Part shown: one piece after another, positions 35,995 to 46,505 of the stretch | Layout of the letters: every line of letters starts with the position of its first letter | How positions within the stretch are numbered: position 1 is the first letter of the stretch | Assembly: GCA_038087875.1 (NCBI GenBank) | Contig: CM075990.1 | Location: forward strand, 9,486,001 to 9,550,000 | Direction: 5' to 3' | Origin: Malacoraja senta | Taxonomy: Eukaryota | DNA: 64,000 nt | Notes under the pieces: model-generated | Seen by the model: only the letters and a program-made list of their open reading frames with translations | Told to the model about the DNA's origin: nothing | Database searches by the model: none | Position numbers and translations under genes: made by a program

Positions 35995-36554
35995 GATCTT
36001 GAGAGCGAATTGAGTGAGTGCAGGGGTTTCTGATGAGGTTGGAGACGGAGAACGCTCACTGGGTTTGGAAAGATTTGACAATGAATGATCCTTGATTTCT
36101 GAAATCTGTGAATGGGATCAGAAGGTAGTGCCTTCAGGAATGTAGATGACGCAGTCCTATGAATTCGGGGTCACATTGTATACTGAGTTTGGAGGTCTAA
36201 CAAGCTTTCACAATGAATTCTGCCACCATTGCCTCTGAGATGGTGCATCAGAACCAACTTCTCCACAGATCCCAGGAAACCAGAATCTGCTGCCTGGGGA
36301 AGGTTGCAGGGTTTGGCCTTCAGGCAGCAGGGGTTTGGGATAGCAGGGGCGGGGGCTTGGGCATCCAGTAGTCCATAGGCAGCCTCCCTTTTGGTGAAAA
36401 AGAATGGCTATCGGCTGGAGAGATGTGGGGGTGGGAACACAGGGAACTCACAATTACCCCATCACATCCTCTGAGCATATCGAGCACCCATTTACACAGA
36501 CCTTACTTTTATTTGGATCCCATCCGCTGCCTCTATTTTCTATCATTTAGACAC

Positions 36555-36755
36555 ACAAGGTGCAACTTGCAGTGAGTGGCCAATTAACCTGTCAACCCAC
36601 ATGGGTGCAGGAGGAAACTAGAAGACCCAGGGGAAAATACACAGGGCCACATGATGAACGTGGGAACTCCACACAAACAGCACCAGATGTCAGAATCGAA
36701 CCTGACTCATTGGAGCTGCGAGGCAGCAGCATTAAGCGTTAATACGCCACCCTGA
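36555..36755 (-). mobile_element. Degenerate V-SINE
   Basis: aactccacacaaacagcaccagatgtcagaatcgaacc is the antisense of the B-box and body. Confidence 0.65.
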
Positions 36756-37021
36756 CAGGGAAGAAAAATGGAGGGGGTTGAGAGAAAAGTGTTGAGCGAC
36801 TGAGTTTCGAGTGGTGGTGGCAAGGGGAGAGTCCACAGAAAGGACTGTGGACAAAATCCTGTACCTGTGAATAAGTACAAAGACGGAGAATGCTCGTGCT
36901 AACACACAGCTCCCCACGCACATGGTTTCCAATTGTCTTGGACCTTCCTGCCATTGAACCACCACACTGCTCTGTGGTAGCTGATATGCAACAGCCAATC
37001 CACATTGAAAGGATACACTCA

Positions 37022-37297
37022 CAGGGCAGTAGAGTTATTGCCTTAGAGTGCCAGAGACCCAGGGCAGATCCTAACTACGGGTGCTGTCTGTACGGAGTTT
37101 GTACGTTCTCCCTGTGTCCGTGGGTTTCCTCCGGGTGCTCCGGTTTCCTTCCATATTCCGAAGACGTGCAGGTTTGTAGGCTAATTGACTTCTGTAAAAT
37201 GTCCTTAGTCTGTAGGATAAAACTAGTGTACGGGGATCGCTGGTTGGCGCAGACTCGGTGGACCGACGGGCTTGTTTCCACACTGCATCTCTAAACT
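37022..37297 (+). mobile_element. HE1/V-SINE
   Basis: Same body as 18893-19192; ends gcttgtttccacactgcatctctaaact. Confidence 0.85.
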
Positions 37298-37807
37298 ATA
37301 GCAAGTTATTCTTGGTCCCGAGGGACAAAGAGGATCTCAGCTGAACTCCAAGCACATACAAACATGTTGTTGGTTTCAAATTTGTCAAATACTCTATAGC
37401 TCGATTAGTATTTGAGATTAAATGTTGAAGAAACATTACCCTGACCTCACTCTCTGCATAATGTTAAGAACAAGGTTCTAAGCAGAATCCTATTCAGCCC
37501 TTCAAGCATGCTAGCACCTGATGTTGGAAACAGCATACGGGATGGTTTGTCAGAATTCCATAACAAAGACCAAATGGACCCAGGGCAGAAAAGGAATCCG
37601 ATTATCTTCCAATGGGTTGTGTTATTCTTGAAGGTAACATGTTAATATAACTGTGACTGCTAGTAAAAGTTATTTCATTGTTTCGCCAGGGCATTGAGAT
37701 GTGCTTGGAACATCTGGTGGTGTCCAAAAGTCTTTTTTTAATCTAACTAATATGGACTTGGATACAAGTGAAGTTTGTTCCACTTCAATCTACAGCTTCT
37801 GGTGGAA

Positions 37808-37995
37808 ATGTTGGGCTCGCAGATACTTTGCCAACTTCTCCTTCACCTTGTCTGCCTGTGCCACGGTCAAAGGCCAGTCTTTGCCCAGCAACAGAGATGG
37901 GAGTGGGTCACCAATGAAGCCATGTACAACTATTCCCCACTCTTGCCAGATGGCACAGAAGTAACCATCTTCCTCTTCAGAGACCTGCCACAGAG
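37808..37995 (+). CDS. NDNF: NDNF-like protein (neuron-derived neurotrophic factor family), signal-peptide coding exon; gene model join(37808..37995,39129..39232,41348..42711), 551 aa
   Basis: Acceptor tctacAG ends at 37795, ATG at 37808, donor AG|gtaag after 37995 (phase 2). Encodes MLGSQILCQLLLHLVCLCHG (hydrophobic signal-like) ... SPLLPDGTEVTIFLFRDLPQR, matching the NDNF N-terminus (human recalled as SSVIPDGAEISSYLFRDTPKR). The symbol denotes the family; this is probably a paralog rather than the strict ortholog. Confidence 0.88.
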
Positions 37996-38330
37996 GTAAG
38001 CAATGTACAGGCTTGTTTAGACAGTAACCCATTGTAGGTGGCCAGCTATAGTGAAGATGCAAGCTTTGCAGATATTCAACATGGTTTTCAACTGGAGAAG
38101 CAATCACCCTGATCAGATGACCTAAACAAAGAATTAGACAACATCAAGATGTTCACAAGTATTTGATTTTGCGTGCAGTGTATTTTTCTCTAAATGTTAT
38201 TTTCCCGTTTCTGAGCTTAATCTATTTAGTAGCCATCAAACATTGCATTCAATGTCATTACTTTGGTCATATTGATGTTCACACTGCTCAAAATATACAG
38301 CAGGACCAATGTGGCGGCCAGCCACAATAA

Positions 38331-38605
38331 CATAGAAACATAGAAAATAGGTGCAGGAGTAGGCCATTCGGCCCTTTGAGCCTGCACCGCCATTCAATAT
38401 GATCATGGCTGATCATCCAACTCAGTATCCTGTACCTGCCTTCTCTCCATACCCCCTGATCCCTTTAGCCACAAGGGCCACATCTAACTCCTTCTTAAAT
38501 ATAGCCAATGAACTGGCCTCAACTACCTTCTGTGGCAGAGAATTCCACAGATTCACCACTCTCTGTGTGAAAAATGATTTTCTCATCTCGGTCCTAAAAG
38601 ACTTT
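38331..38605 (-). mobile_element. CR1 LINE 3' end
   Basis: Near-identical to 40187-40460; (catagaaa)n tail. Confidence 0.85.
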
Positions 38606-39128
38606 GCATACTCAGCATAGACACCAGCTCATGCAGAGTCGTGGGCCATGAGAGGCGAAGTGGCCCACTCCTGTTGCTGACAATCTAAGAAACTTGACAC
38701 CTTCCAGAAGAAAGCCGCCCACGGACTTAATGCCTCATCTATCACACAAATATTCATTCCCTCCATCATTGGCACCCCAGCAATCACCATCCACACAATT
38801 TACTATAGTCACTCACTTGTTCTGACACTTTCCAAACCTATGGCTTCTATCAACAAGGATACCAAGCCACTGGGTGGTTGAGAACACCACCACCTCAACT
38901 TTTAAGTTGCCCATCATGGACTCGGGATTATATCATCTTTCCTTCAATATCACTGGGCCCAAATTCTTAAATTTTCTATTCAACAGTACTGTCAAAATAT
39001 CTGTACCAGAAGAGTCATGACTATTCAAGGAGGCAGTTCACCACCATCTTCAAGGTACTAACTCAACTAGATGTTGCACTTACTGCCATTTCTAATTCTC
39101 GTCCTGGTTTGTATTCTTCTCTCCACAG

Positions 39129-39232
39129 GCATTACTTCCAGGTGAAGGACAAGAGCCCTTTCTCCATCAGAGTGAATCCTTGCGATGCTGCCCTTGAGTG
39201 GAGAGTCAGTGTTCAAGAGTGGCCAACACACA
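39129..39232 (+). CDS. NDNF: NDNF-like protein, internal coding exon (104 nt)
   Basis: Polypyrimidine tract plus ccacAG acceptor; donor A|gtaag. Encodes (R)HYFQVKDKSPFSIRVNPCDAALEWRVSVQEWPTH, matching the NDNF segment RYFF..PLSVTVTPCDAPLEWKLSLQE. Phases 2 and 1 fit both neighbouring exons. Confidence 0.9.
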
Positions 39233-39504
39233 GTAAGGATTGTTATTTCATCGGGTTAATACCTTCAATGTCTATCTAAGACAATCATGTGTACAATGTC
39301 TACCCTATGTAAACCCCATCAACATGCACTATAAATATTCAAATCACCCAACTAAAATCCGAGTTCATTACATATTAACTCATCCTTCCTGAGAATCCTT
39401 CTTCCTGCTCAGTTTAATATATTGTCTTCCCTGTACCCCACAGAATTATGTACTTCTACAGCACTTTCAGTATCATAGGAAAGCCTGTCGAGAGAAAAGT
39501 ATGA

Positions 39505-39597
39505 AAAAGGGTCTCGTCCCGAAACGTTACCCATTCCTTCTCTCCGGAGATGCTGCCTGTCCCGCTGAGTTACTCTAGCTTTTTGTGTCTATCTTCG
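39505..39597 (+). mobile_element. Penelope-derived short element (single arm)
   Basis: gaaaaagggtctcgtcccgaaacgttacccattccttc...ttttgtgtctatc. Confidence 0.75.
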
Positions 39598-40177
39598 AGG
39601 GAAGAGCGCAAACCAGAACATGAATTAGAAATGGCAGCATTTGGGATGTGAGAGTCAAGTATAAAATCTAATTTGTTGCACATCCCAACTCAGGTCATTC
39701 CAGATTGCCTGATAGTCACTGCAGTAATGCTGGGAATGTCTGACATTCTCATTTCCAGCCTGGAATCACTGAAAGATGTCTCTCTTTGCAGATAATCTTA
39801 TCATTCAAGGTGCAGTCACATAAACAATCTCATTTCTTTCAACAGAAGTAGGAATTGATGATAGTGAAAGTTATTCCTATGAATCATCCTTCGAGTCAGA
39901 ATGTTGCGAGTTCAAGGTCCAAGCTAGAGTTGAAAAAAAATCTAGCCTGACACTGGGAGAGTAGACCATCAGAGATGGAATCACATGGATGAGACACTAA
40001 AGTGGAACCCCACTTGTGCATAAATACTGGTTGATATTAAGATTTTCTTTGAACATGTGATGCATAAATATTGAGAGTGTTGGTAAATTGGGAACGTAAT
40101 GAAGGGGATTTGGACAGTCAAGTATCATCCAGTAAGGTAATGGATCTGTTCACTTGTTCAAGGTAGTGGAAAGCTAA

Positions 40178-40951
40178 TACATAGATACATAGATACATAG
40201 AAAATAGGTGCAGGAGTAGGCCATTCGGCCCTTCGAGCCTGCACCGCCATTCAATATGATCATGGCTGATCATCCAACTCAGTATCCAGTACCTGCCTTC
40301 TCTCCATACCCCCTGATCCCCTTAGCCACAAGGGCCACATCTAACTCCCTCTTAAATATAGCCAATGAACTGGCCTCAACTACCCTCTGTGGCAGAGAGT
40401 TCCAGAGATTCACCACTCTCTGTGTGAAAAAGTTTTTCCTCATCTCGGTCTTAAAGGATTTCCCCCTTATCCTTAAGCTGTGACCCCTTGTCCTGGACTT
40501 CCCCAACATTGGGAACAATCTTCCTGCATCTAGCCTGTCCAACCCCATAAGAATTTTGTACGTTTCTATAAGATCCCCTCTCAATCTCCTAAATTCTAGC
40601 GAGTATAAGCCAAGTCTATCCAGTCTTTCTTCATATGAAAGTCCTGACATCCCAGGAATCAGTCTGGTGAACCTTCTCTGCACTCCCTCTATGGCTATAA
40701 TGTCCTTCCTCAGATTTGGAGACCAAAACTGTACGCAATACTCCAGGTGTGGTCTCACCAAGACCCTGTACAACTGCAATAGAACCTCCCTGCTCCTATA
40801 CTCAAATCCTATGAATTCCAACATACCATTCGCTTTCTTCACTGCCTGCTGCATCTGCATGCCTACTTTCAATGACTGGTGTACCATGACACCCAGGTCT
40901 CGCTGCATCTCCCCATTTCCTAATCGGCCACCATTTAGATAATAGTCTGCC
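40178..40951 (-). mobile_element. CR1 LINE, 5'-truncated (ORF2 C-terminus plus 3' UTR)
   Basis: ORF 40279..40953: QRDLGVMVH..LVRPHLEYCVQFWSP..LGLYSLEFRRLRGDLIETYKI..FFTQRVVNLWNSLP; octamer tail (catagata/catagaaa). Confidence 0.93.
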
Positions 40952-41094
40952 AAACATTGTATGGATGAACATGTTGGGTTACAGATTGAAGTGGAACTTT
41001 GAGTAGACTGTATTTAACCAGAATTTAAGCTCACTTGGCTCCTCAACATGTATAGTCCCAATGCAGTTAACAAATGGCAGGGTAGGGGATCAAG

Positions 41095-41324
41095 TTCATA
41101 AGTTCATGTGATAGGACCAGAATTAGGCCATTCGGCCCATCAAGTCTACTCCACAATTCAATGATGGCTGATCTATCTCTCTCTCTCCTAACCCCATTCT
41201 ACTGCCTTCTCCTCATAACCCCTGACACCCGTACTAATCAAGAATCCAGCTATCTCTACCTTACAAATATCCAGTGACTTGGCCTCCACGGCCTTCTGTG
41301 GCAATGAATTCCAGATTCACCACC
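41095..41324 (-). mobile_element. CR1 3' fragment abutting the last NDNF-like splice acceptor
   Basis: aggccattcggcccatcaagtct...ttggcctccacggccttctgtggcaatgaattccagattcaccacc. Confidence 0.8.
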
Positions 41325-41347
41325 TGATAGATTTTTCTGAATTTCAG

Positions 41348-42711
41348 GAACTTATCGCTCTGAGAAGCTGGGGACACTTGAATGGGATCAGGTTACCACG
41401 AGAGATCTGTTCAGCTACAAGGGAAACACAGCGCAGACATTCGTGCAAGCTTCATCGCATTCAGCCTTGCACAATCTGGAGCTCCTTGCAACTGAGAGGG
41501 ACACCCAAATGAGAGTCTACCTGACAACCAAGCCAGAGAACGAGCCTCCAAACCCAGAGTTGCCATTTGACTCTCGAGTGAACGTCGCCTCCGTGGGGCA
41601 GAGGACAGTGATCCTGGCCTGGAAGCCCAGCCCATCAGTGTTGCATGATGAGCAGAACATTCAGTATTGTCTCTTGGTCAACCAGAAGCACAACTACCAA
41701 AGTCTCTGTGCTGCCCAAAACCAGGTGGGGCTTGGTGATGGTATTTGGCCAGATCTGCCAGTGGTGACCATCTACTCTGGAGGTCAGGAGATCCATCTCA
41801 CCAGAACGGAAGATATTCAACTCTCTGCCAGTCTTCTCAGCCATCCAGTCGCCAGGGAAGCAAAGATAGATGTCACACAACTCTGTGTCGGCAACAGAAA
41901 TATCTATTCAGTATTGGACTTGCAACCCAACTCCCTTTACTACTTTGATGTGTTTGTTGTTAATGTCCTCACCAACACTAGCTCTGCCTATATTGGCACT
42001 TTTGCAAAAACATTACAGTGGCCAGATCCATACATTCTCGATTTGAAGGAAGGAATCATGGCCCAGGTTTACATCCGGAAGGACAGACAGAAATTCTATA
42101 GCATCAGGCCCAAGAGTTGGCATAGTAGGGTGCAATTCACATTCCACTCATGTGGAAAACTGTACGTTATAATCGAGAGAAATGGTAAACTAATTGTGTC
42201 TGAAAGCACAAATAACCTAAAGCATTTTAAGCTGAAAGGAAAAGCCAATGCAAAATACATAATTGGGATCAAATCCATGGAGGCCTCGGAGGTCCTTGTG
42301 AAGATTCTGGTATCCACACGTCCCAACAAACCTCTCTTCCCACGTCTCCCGGACAGCCTTAAAGTGAAATCCTACAATAGGCTCAGAACCTGCAACTCTG
42401 TCACTTTGGCTTGGCTGGGAACGAGTGAGCAAAACAGGTACTGCCTCTACAAAAGGGAGATGGAGGAACAAACACTGGAAATCGAAAGAAAACAGCAAAA
42501 TGGGTGCCTTGGCCCAGAATCACGCAGCATTTCAGAGAATGTGGGCTGCAAGTATTTTCACCACCTCCATGCTCAGCGTGCAGTAGCAGTGCAGAAGGTC
42601 ACAGGGCTGAAGGCAAGGACCACCTATCTATTCGATATCTATGTGATTGGGCACGAGGGTCATTCCGTCAAATACCAAAGTAAAGTGGTAAAAACAAGGA
42701 AGGCATGCTAA
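41348..42711 (+). CDS. NDNF: NDNF-like protein, large terminal coding exon (two FN3-like domains and C-terminus)
   Basis: Acceptor atttcAG ends at 41347. Frame is continuous with ORF 41443..42711. Motifs DLFSYKGN, PELPFDSRV, VILAWKPSP, YYFDVFVVN, CNSVTLAWLGT and terminal KYQSKVVKTRKAC* are characteristic of NDNF. No stops or frameshifts. Confidence 0.95.
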
Positions 42712-43117
42712 CTTCACCCAGCTTCAGGGTAAACACTATTACAAGTGTCTGTCTAAGAGGGAGCCTGCACCCTTCTGGCAAGTTGCAATCAAATTATGCA
42801 ACCAACTTTGCACCACCATGTTATCAAAAACAACATTGTTGTCTGCAAATTATATTGTGGGACCCTCCCTGCACATTTTGCCAAATTCTACAGCTTCTTC
42901 CAAGTACACCTTTAACGTTTTCTAGAGTAAGTGTGCATAGAGAACTTTCATTTGTACACAACAACAGGAAGAGAAACTATTGTATTTCTGTTGGTCTTTC
43001 ATGAAGTGCTTCTGAAGTAACATCACAGACAAAATAGGAACAATTCCAATGGGCAGGAGGCTCTCCCCAGACTTTGTCACATCTCCCAGCATTACACGAA
43101 GCCCAGCTTGAGATTAC

Positions 43118-43212
43118 ACGAAGAAGGGTCCCAACCCGAAACGTCACCAATTCATTTTCTCCAGAGATGCTGCCTGACCCACTGATCTTCTCCAGCACCT
43201 GGTGTCTCTCTT
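43118..43212 (+). mobile_element. Penelope-derived short element in the predicted NDNF-like 3' UTR
   Basis: gaagaagggtcccaacccgaaacgtcacc...ccagagatgctgcctgaccc...ctccagcacc. Confidence 0.75.
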
Positions 43213-43756
43213 TGAGGTTGCAAGATTTTGATGTCTGACCGAATTAACTTGTGTTACATTTGTTTTTGCTGTCCTGAAAAGTTTGCGTGGTCTGCCGGTG
43301 TATAGAGTGGGAGTGTATCAGACAGCATTGAATGAGATTGAACCAGGGATTTTAAATGGAACCTTTTAATTAGGTTTTGAGAAAACATGGACTTTGTGCT
43401 TTTGAGGAAAACACTTCAACCCAACTCAGGCAGAGGGTTCAATAATTGAACAAAGGACCTTGCCTCAAATGACCAGCAGGGGCAGACACTTTAGAAACCC
43501 ACATCAAGTGGAGATTTATCAATTCTGTTCAATTTTGCTTGGAAACATCGTCAAGGAGTAGGCGATTCGGCCCTTCGAGCCAGCACCGCCATTCAATATG
43601 ATCATTGCTGATCATCTAAATCAGTACCCCATTCCTGTTTGTACCCCATATCCCTTGATTCCTTAAAATTCATGAATGTTAGTAAGACTTGTATTTCAAT
43701 CTATGGTTAAATCAGCAACTATTTATGCATTTGTCTCAATATAACTTTTGCAATTT

Positions 43757-43836
43757 AATAAAAGTAATTAAACATTTATAAACACCTTTTCAGGATTTGT
43801 AAATCAATTCACTGCGGTGTCATCACTTTTAATAAA
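43757..43836 (+). terminator. Candidate poly(A) signals of the NDNF-like gene
   Basis: AATAAA at 43757-43762 and 43831-43836, about 1.05-1.1 kb after the stop codon, in AU-rich context. Confidence 0.5.
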
Positions 43837-44132
43837 GGAAACATGCCTGTTATTTTGAGCACAAGCAGATTCGAAAAACAGTAATTTTACACAAACACAC
43901 CATTTGTTCTAACTAATCCATGCCTGGGATTAATATTTTATGCTCCATCACCTTGCACCATCTACACATGCAATGTTTTCCCCTTCAATGCACTTATCTT
44001 GCTTCTGTGCAGTGTGCCTTAGCTATTCCAGCTTCCCCATTGCAACATGAATACTTGTTTTCACACACAGTGATGTCCCAGTCAGTAATGTGATAAAAGA
44101 CAAGAAAATCTTGGTGATAGTGCTGGACTATA

Positions 44133-44760
44133 GGGGCTGTCCCACTGCGGTGACCTAATGTGCGAGTTTAGACACATGGTCCTAGGAGGTCCAATGAGGT
44201 CACTGGAACTCTCCTTCATGCTTGAGGGAAGTTCCCGAATACTCGCGGCCTCAGCTAGGGCGCGGAAATTTTTTCAGCATGTTGAAATATTTTCAGCGGG
44301 TAAAAATTGGTCGGCATGGTAAAATGCCTGCTAAACTTTATTATAAGTTGTCTGGCTTCTTCAAAGTGTCTCCACTCCTTCTCCCCCTCTTCCTCCCCCT
44401 CTTCTTCTCCGCGCTCTCTAAAGGACTTACCGTAACTGTGCCAGCCGTCTTTTACCTTTCTGTTCATCGCGGGTGTGAATTTCAGACAGCGCNNNNNNNN
44501 NNNNNNNNNNNNNNNNNNNNNNNNNNNNNNNNNNNNNNNNNNNNNNNNNNNNNNNNNNNNNNNNNNNNNNNNNNNNNNNNNNNNNNNNNNNNNNNNNNNN
44601 NNNNNNNNNNNNNNNNNNNNNNNNNNNNNNNNNNNNNNNNNNNNNNNNGCTCGCGGTTTCATCGCTGACGGTCGATCCAGCTCGAGGTTTTTCAGGCGAG
44701 TGCCCTCGAGCTTGAAGGTCGAAGACAGTCGCTGAAAGGTCGCGTCAGTGGGACAGGCTC
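44133..44760. mobile_element. PIF-Harbinger-like MITE spanning an assembly gap
   Basis: Imperfect TIRs ggggctgtcccact (44133-44146) and agtgggacaggctc (44747-44760), related to the TIRs at 2914-3233. Could be two elements joined across the gap. Confidence 0.6.
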
Positions 44761-45584
44761 TTTAAGTATTTTGGTGCAGCCATAATTACTTTTTACTTTT
44801 ATATGCATTTTAATAAAATTCTACAGGCTGCTTTTCAACAGACTAGAATGCTCCAAGGCACTAATGAGTCAATACAGTTTCTCCCGAGGACAAATTTCAC
44901 GGCTCCTACACAAGTCCAATGGGATTAATCACAGTGGGCTGCAAACGTTTGGGAGATTCCACTGAATGACCCACTTCTCCAGTTTCCCCTGCTCCCCGAC
45001 TAGAAATACATCTCCCCCTCCCAGGGGTTTGTGCCGGGAACTACATGATCCAGTGCAGCACTGGTGAAGGATACTGTACTTGCACTCTGGGGTGTGAGAG
45101 AACTAGACAGAAAAAGACTATTTAGCTTGCAGGTTGCTGCCAGACTTTAAGCTCTCTCCAAGCCTTCTCTATACCTACTGTGAGAGTAACCCCTCTTCTG
45201 AATCTTCACACATTCTAGGATCACAGAGCTGAAATAGTAAAAATTGCATGTTTATCCTCCCTGCGCAGCTGAAGATCTCACTACCAGTGAATTTAAATAT
45301 CAAGTGTAACAAATTAAACTGGTGTGATTAATATTAGCTGGAGTGTGAATAATTACGCTGAAGTTGCAATGGTAAGTGATAAAGACAGCAATCAATTGTG
45401 GAAAATAAAATCTGTTTGTGTGACTGAGTGCACATTCACAGTTACATACCTTACAGTTGGCATGGACTAATTCCCACTCAGTGACTCGTCGATTGGAACA
45501 GGTCTCCAGTCAAACTTGAAAAACTTGGATTTACCAAGCTACCGAGAATTTGAAGCCAGTTTCTTATAACTTGCTGTAAGGAAA

Positions 45585-45985
45585 CTTTAGAGATACAGCG
45601 TGAACAGGCCCTTCAGCCCAGACTTCATGCTGACCATTGATCACCCATTCACACTAGTCTGTTAGCCCACTTTCACATCCAATCCTTGGACACTTGGGGC
45701 AATTTACAGAGGCCAATAAACCTGCACATCTTTGGGATGTGGGAGAAAACAAGAGCACCCATAGGAAATCCACTGTCACAGGGAGAACGGGCAAACTCCA
45801 CACAGACAGCAGGCGAGGTCAGGATTGAACCCAGGTCCCTGGTGCTGTGACGCAGCAGCATTTGTGGAGAGAATGGATAGGCAACTTTTCAGGTCAGGAA
45901 CCTTCTTCAGACTGATGGTGGGGTTGATGGTGGGGTCGGGTGAGGGGGAGAGAAAGCTGGAAATGAAAAGTGGGGCAGGATAATC
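45585..45985. mobile_element. Antisense V-SINE joined to a Penelope-derived arm
   Basis: tttagagatacagcgtgaacaggcccttcagccc...aggtcaggattgaacccagg, then gcagcatttgtggagag...ccttcttcagactgatg. Confidence 0.7.
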
Positions 45986-46341
45986 CATCTAAGGAAGGTT
46001 TAGATTGCCAGTTACTCCACCCATGTGCCAAAGGCAAAAGATGAAAAGGAGACTAAAGGATGTCAGATGAGGTTCCGTGTCTCCAGAGCACCAATCTCTT
46101 GTTCGTAATCTTCCATTTAAATGGAGAAATGAAGTGGATGAGAAGGCTGCTTGATTGTGACCATCGCTCTAGAGATAACTGACCAATGGAAGGAGGGGAA
46201 TGAAATAGGGAAATGCCAGGCAAATAATGGAGGGAGTGGGCGGATACGGCAGTGGAATGCTCTATGTTCAAGTTACAGCTTTTGCATTTTATGGTGTGAT
46301 AGCCAGAGTGCAGAGGCCACCCATCTATTGTTTAACAGTAA

Positions 46342-46505
46342 AAGACACAAAATGCTGGAGTAACTCAGTAGGTCAGTCAGCATCTCTGGAAAACATGGAT
46401 AGGTGACATTTTGGGTCCAGACCTGAAACGTCACCTATCCATGTTCTCCACACTTACTCCTGCACTATGCTCTCCTTTTTGTAAACCAGCATCTGCAGAT
46501 CTTGT
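46342..46505. mobile_element. Penelope-derived short fold-back element
   Basis: aacatggataggtgacatt / aacgtcacctatccatgtt inverted arms. Confidence 0.75.

Noticed and set aside
41443-42711. Treating the 422-aa ORF as a single-exon gene starting at 41443
   Set aside because: The start is a GTG inside the exon; homology and a splice acceptor extend it to 41348 and to upstream exons.
45036-45062. ZNF143-like motif (gggaactacatgatccag) suggesting a hidden promoter or Pol III gene
   Set aside because: Mismatches in the TCCCA core, no CpG island and no recognisable small RNA nearby.
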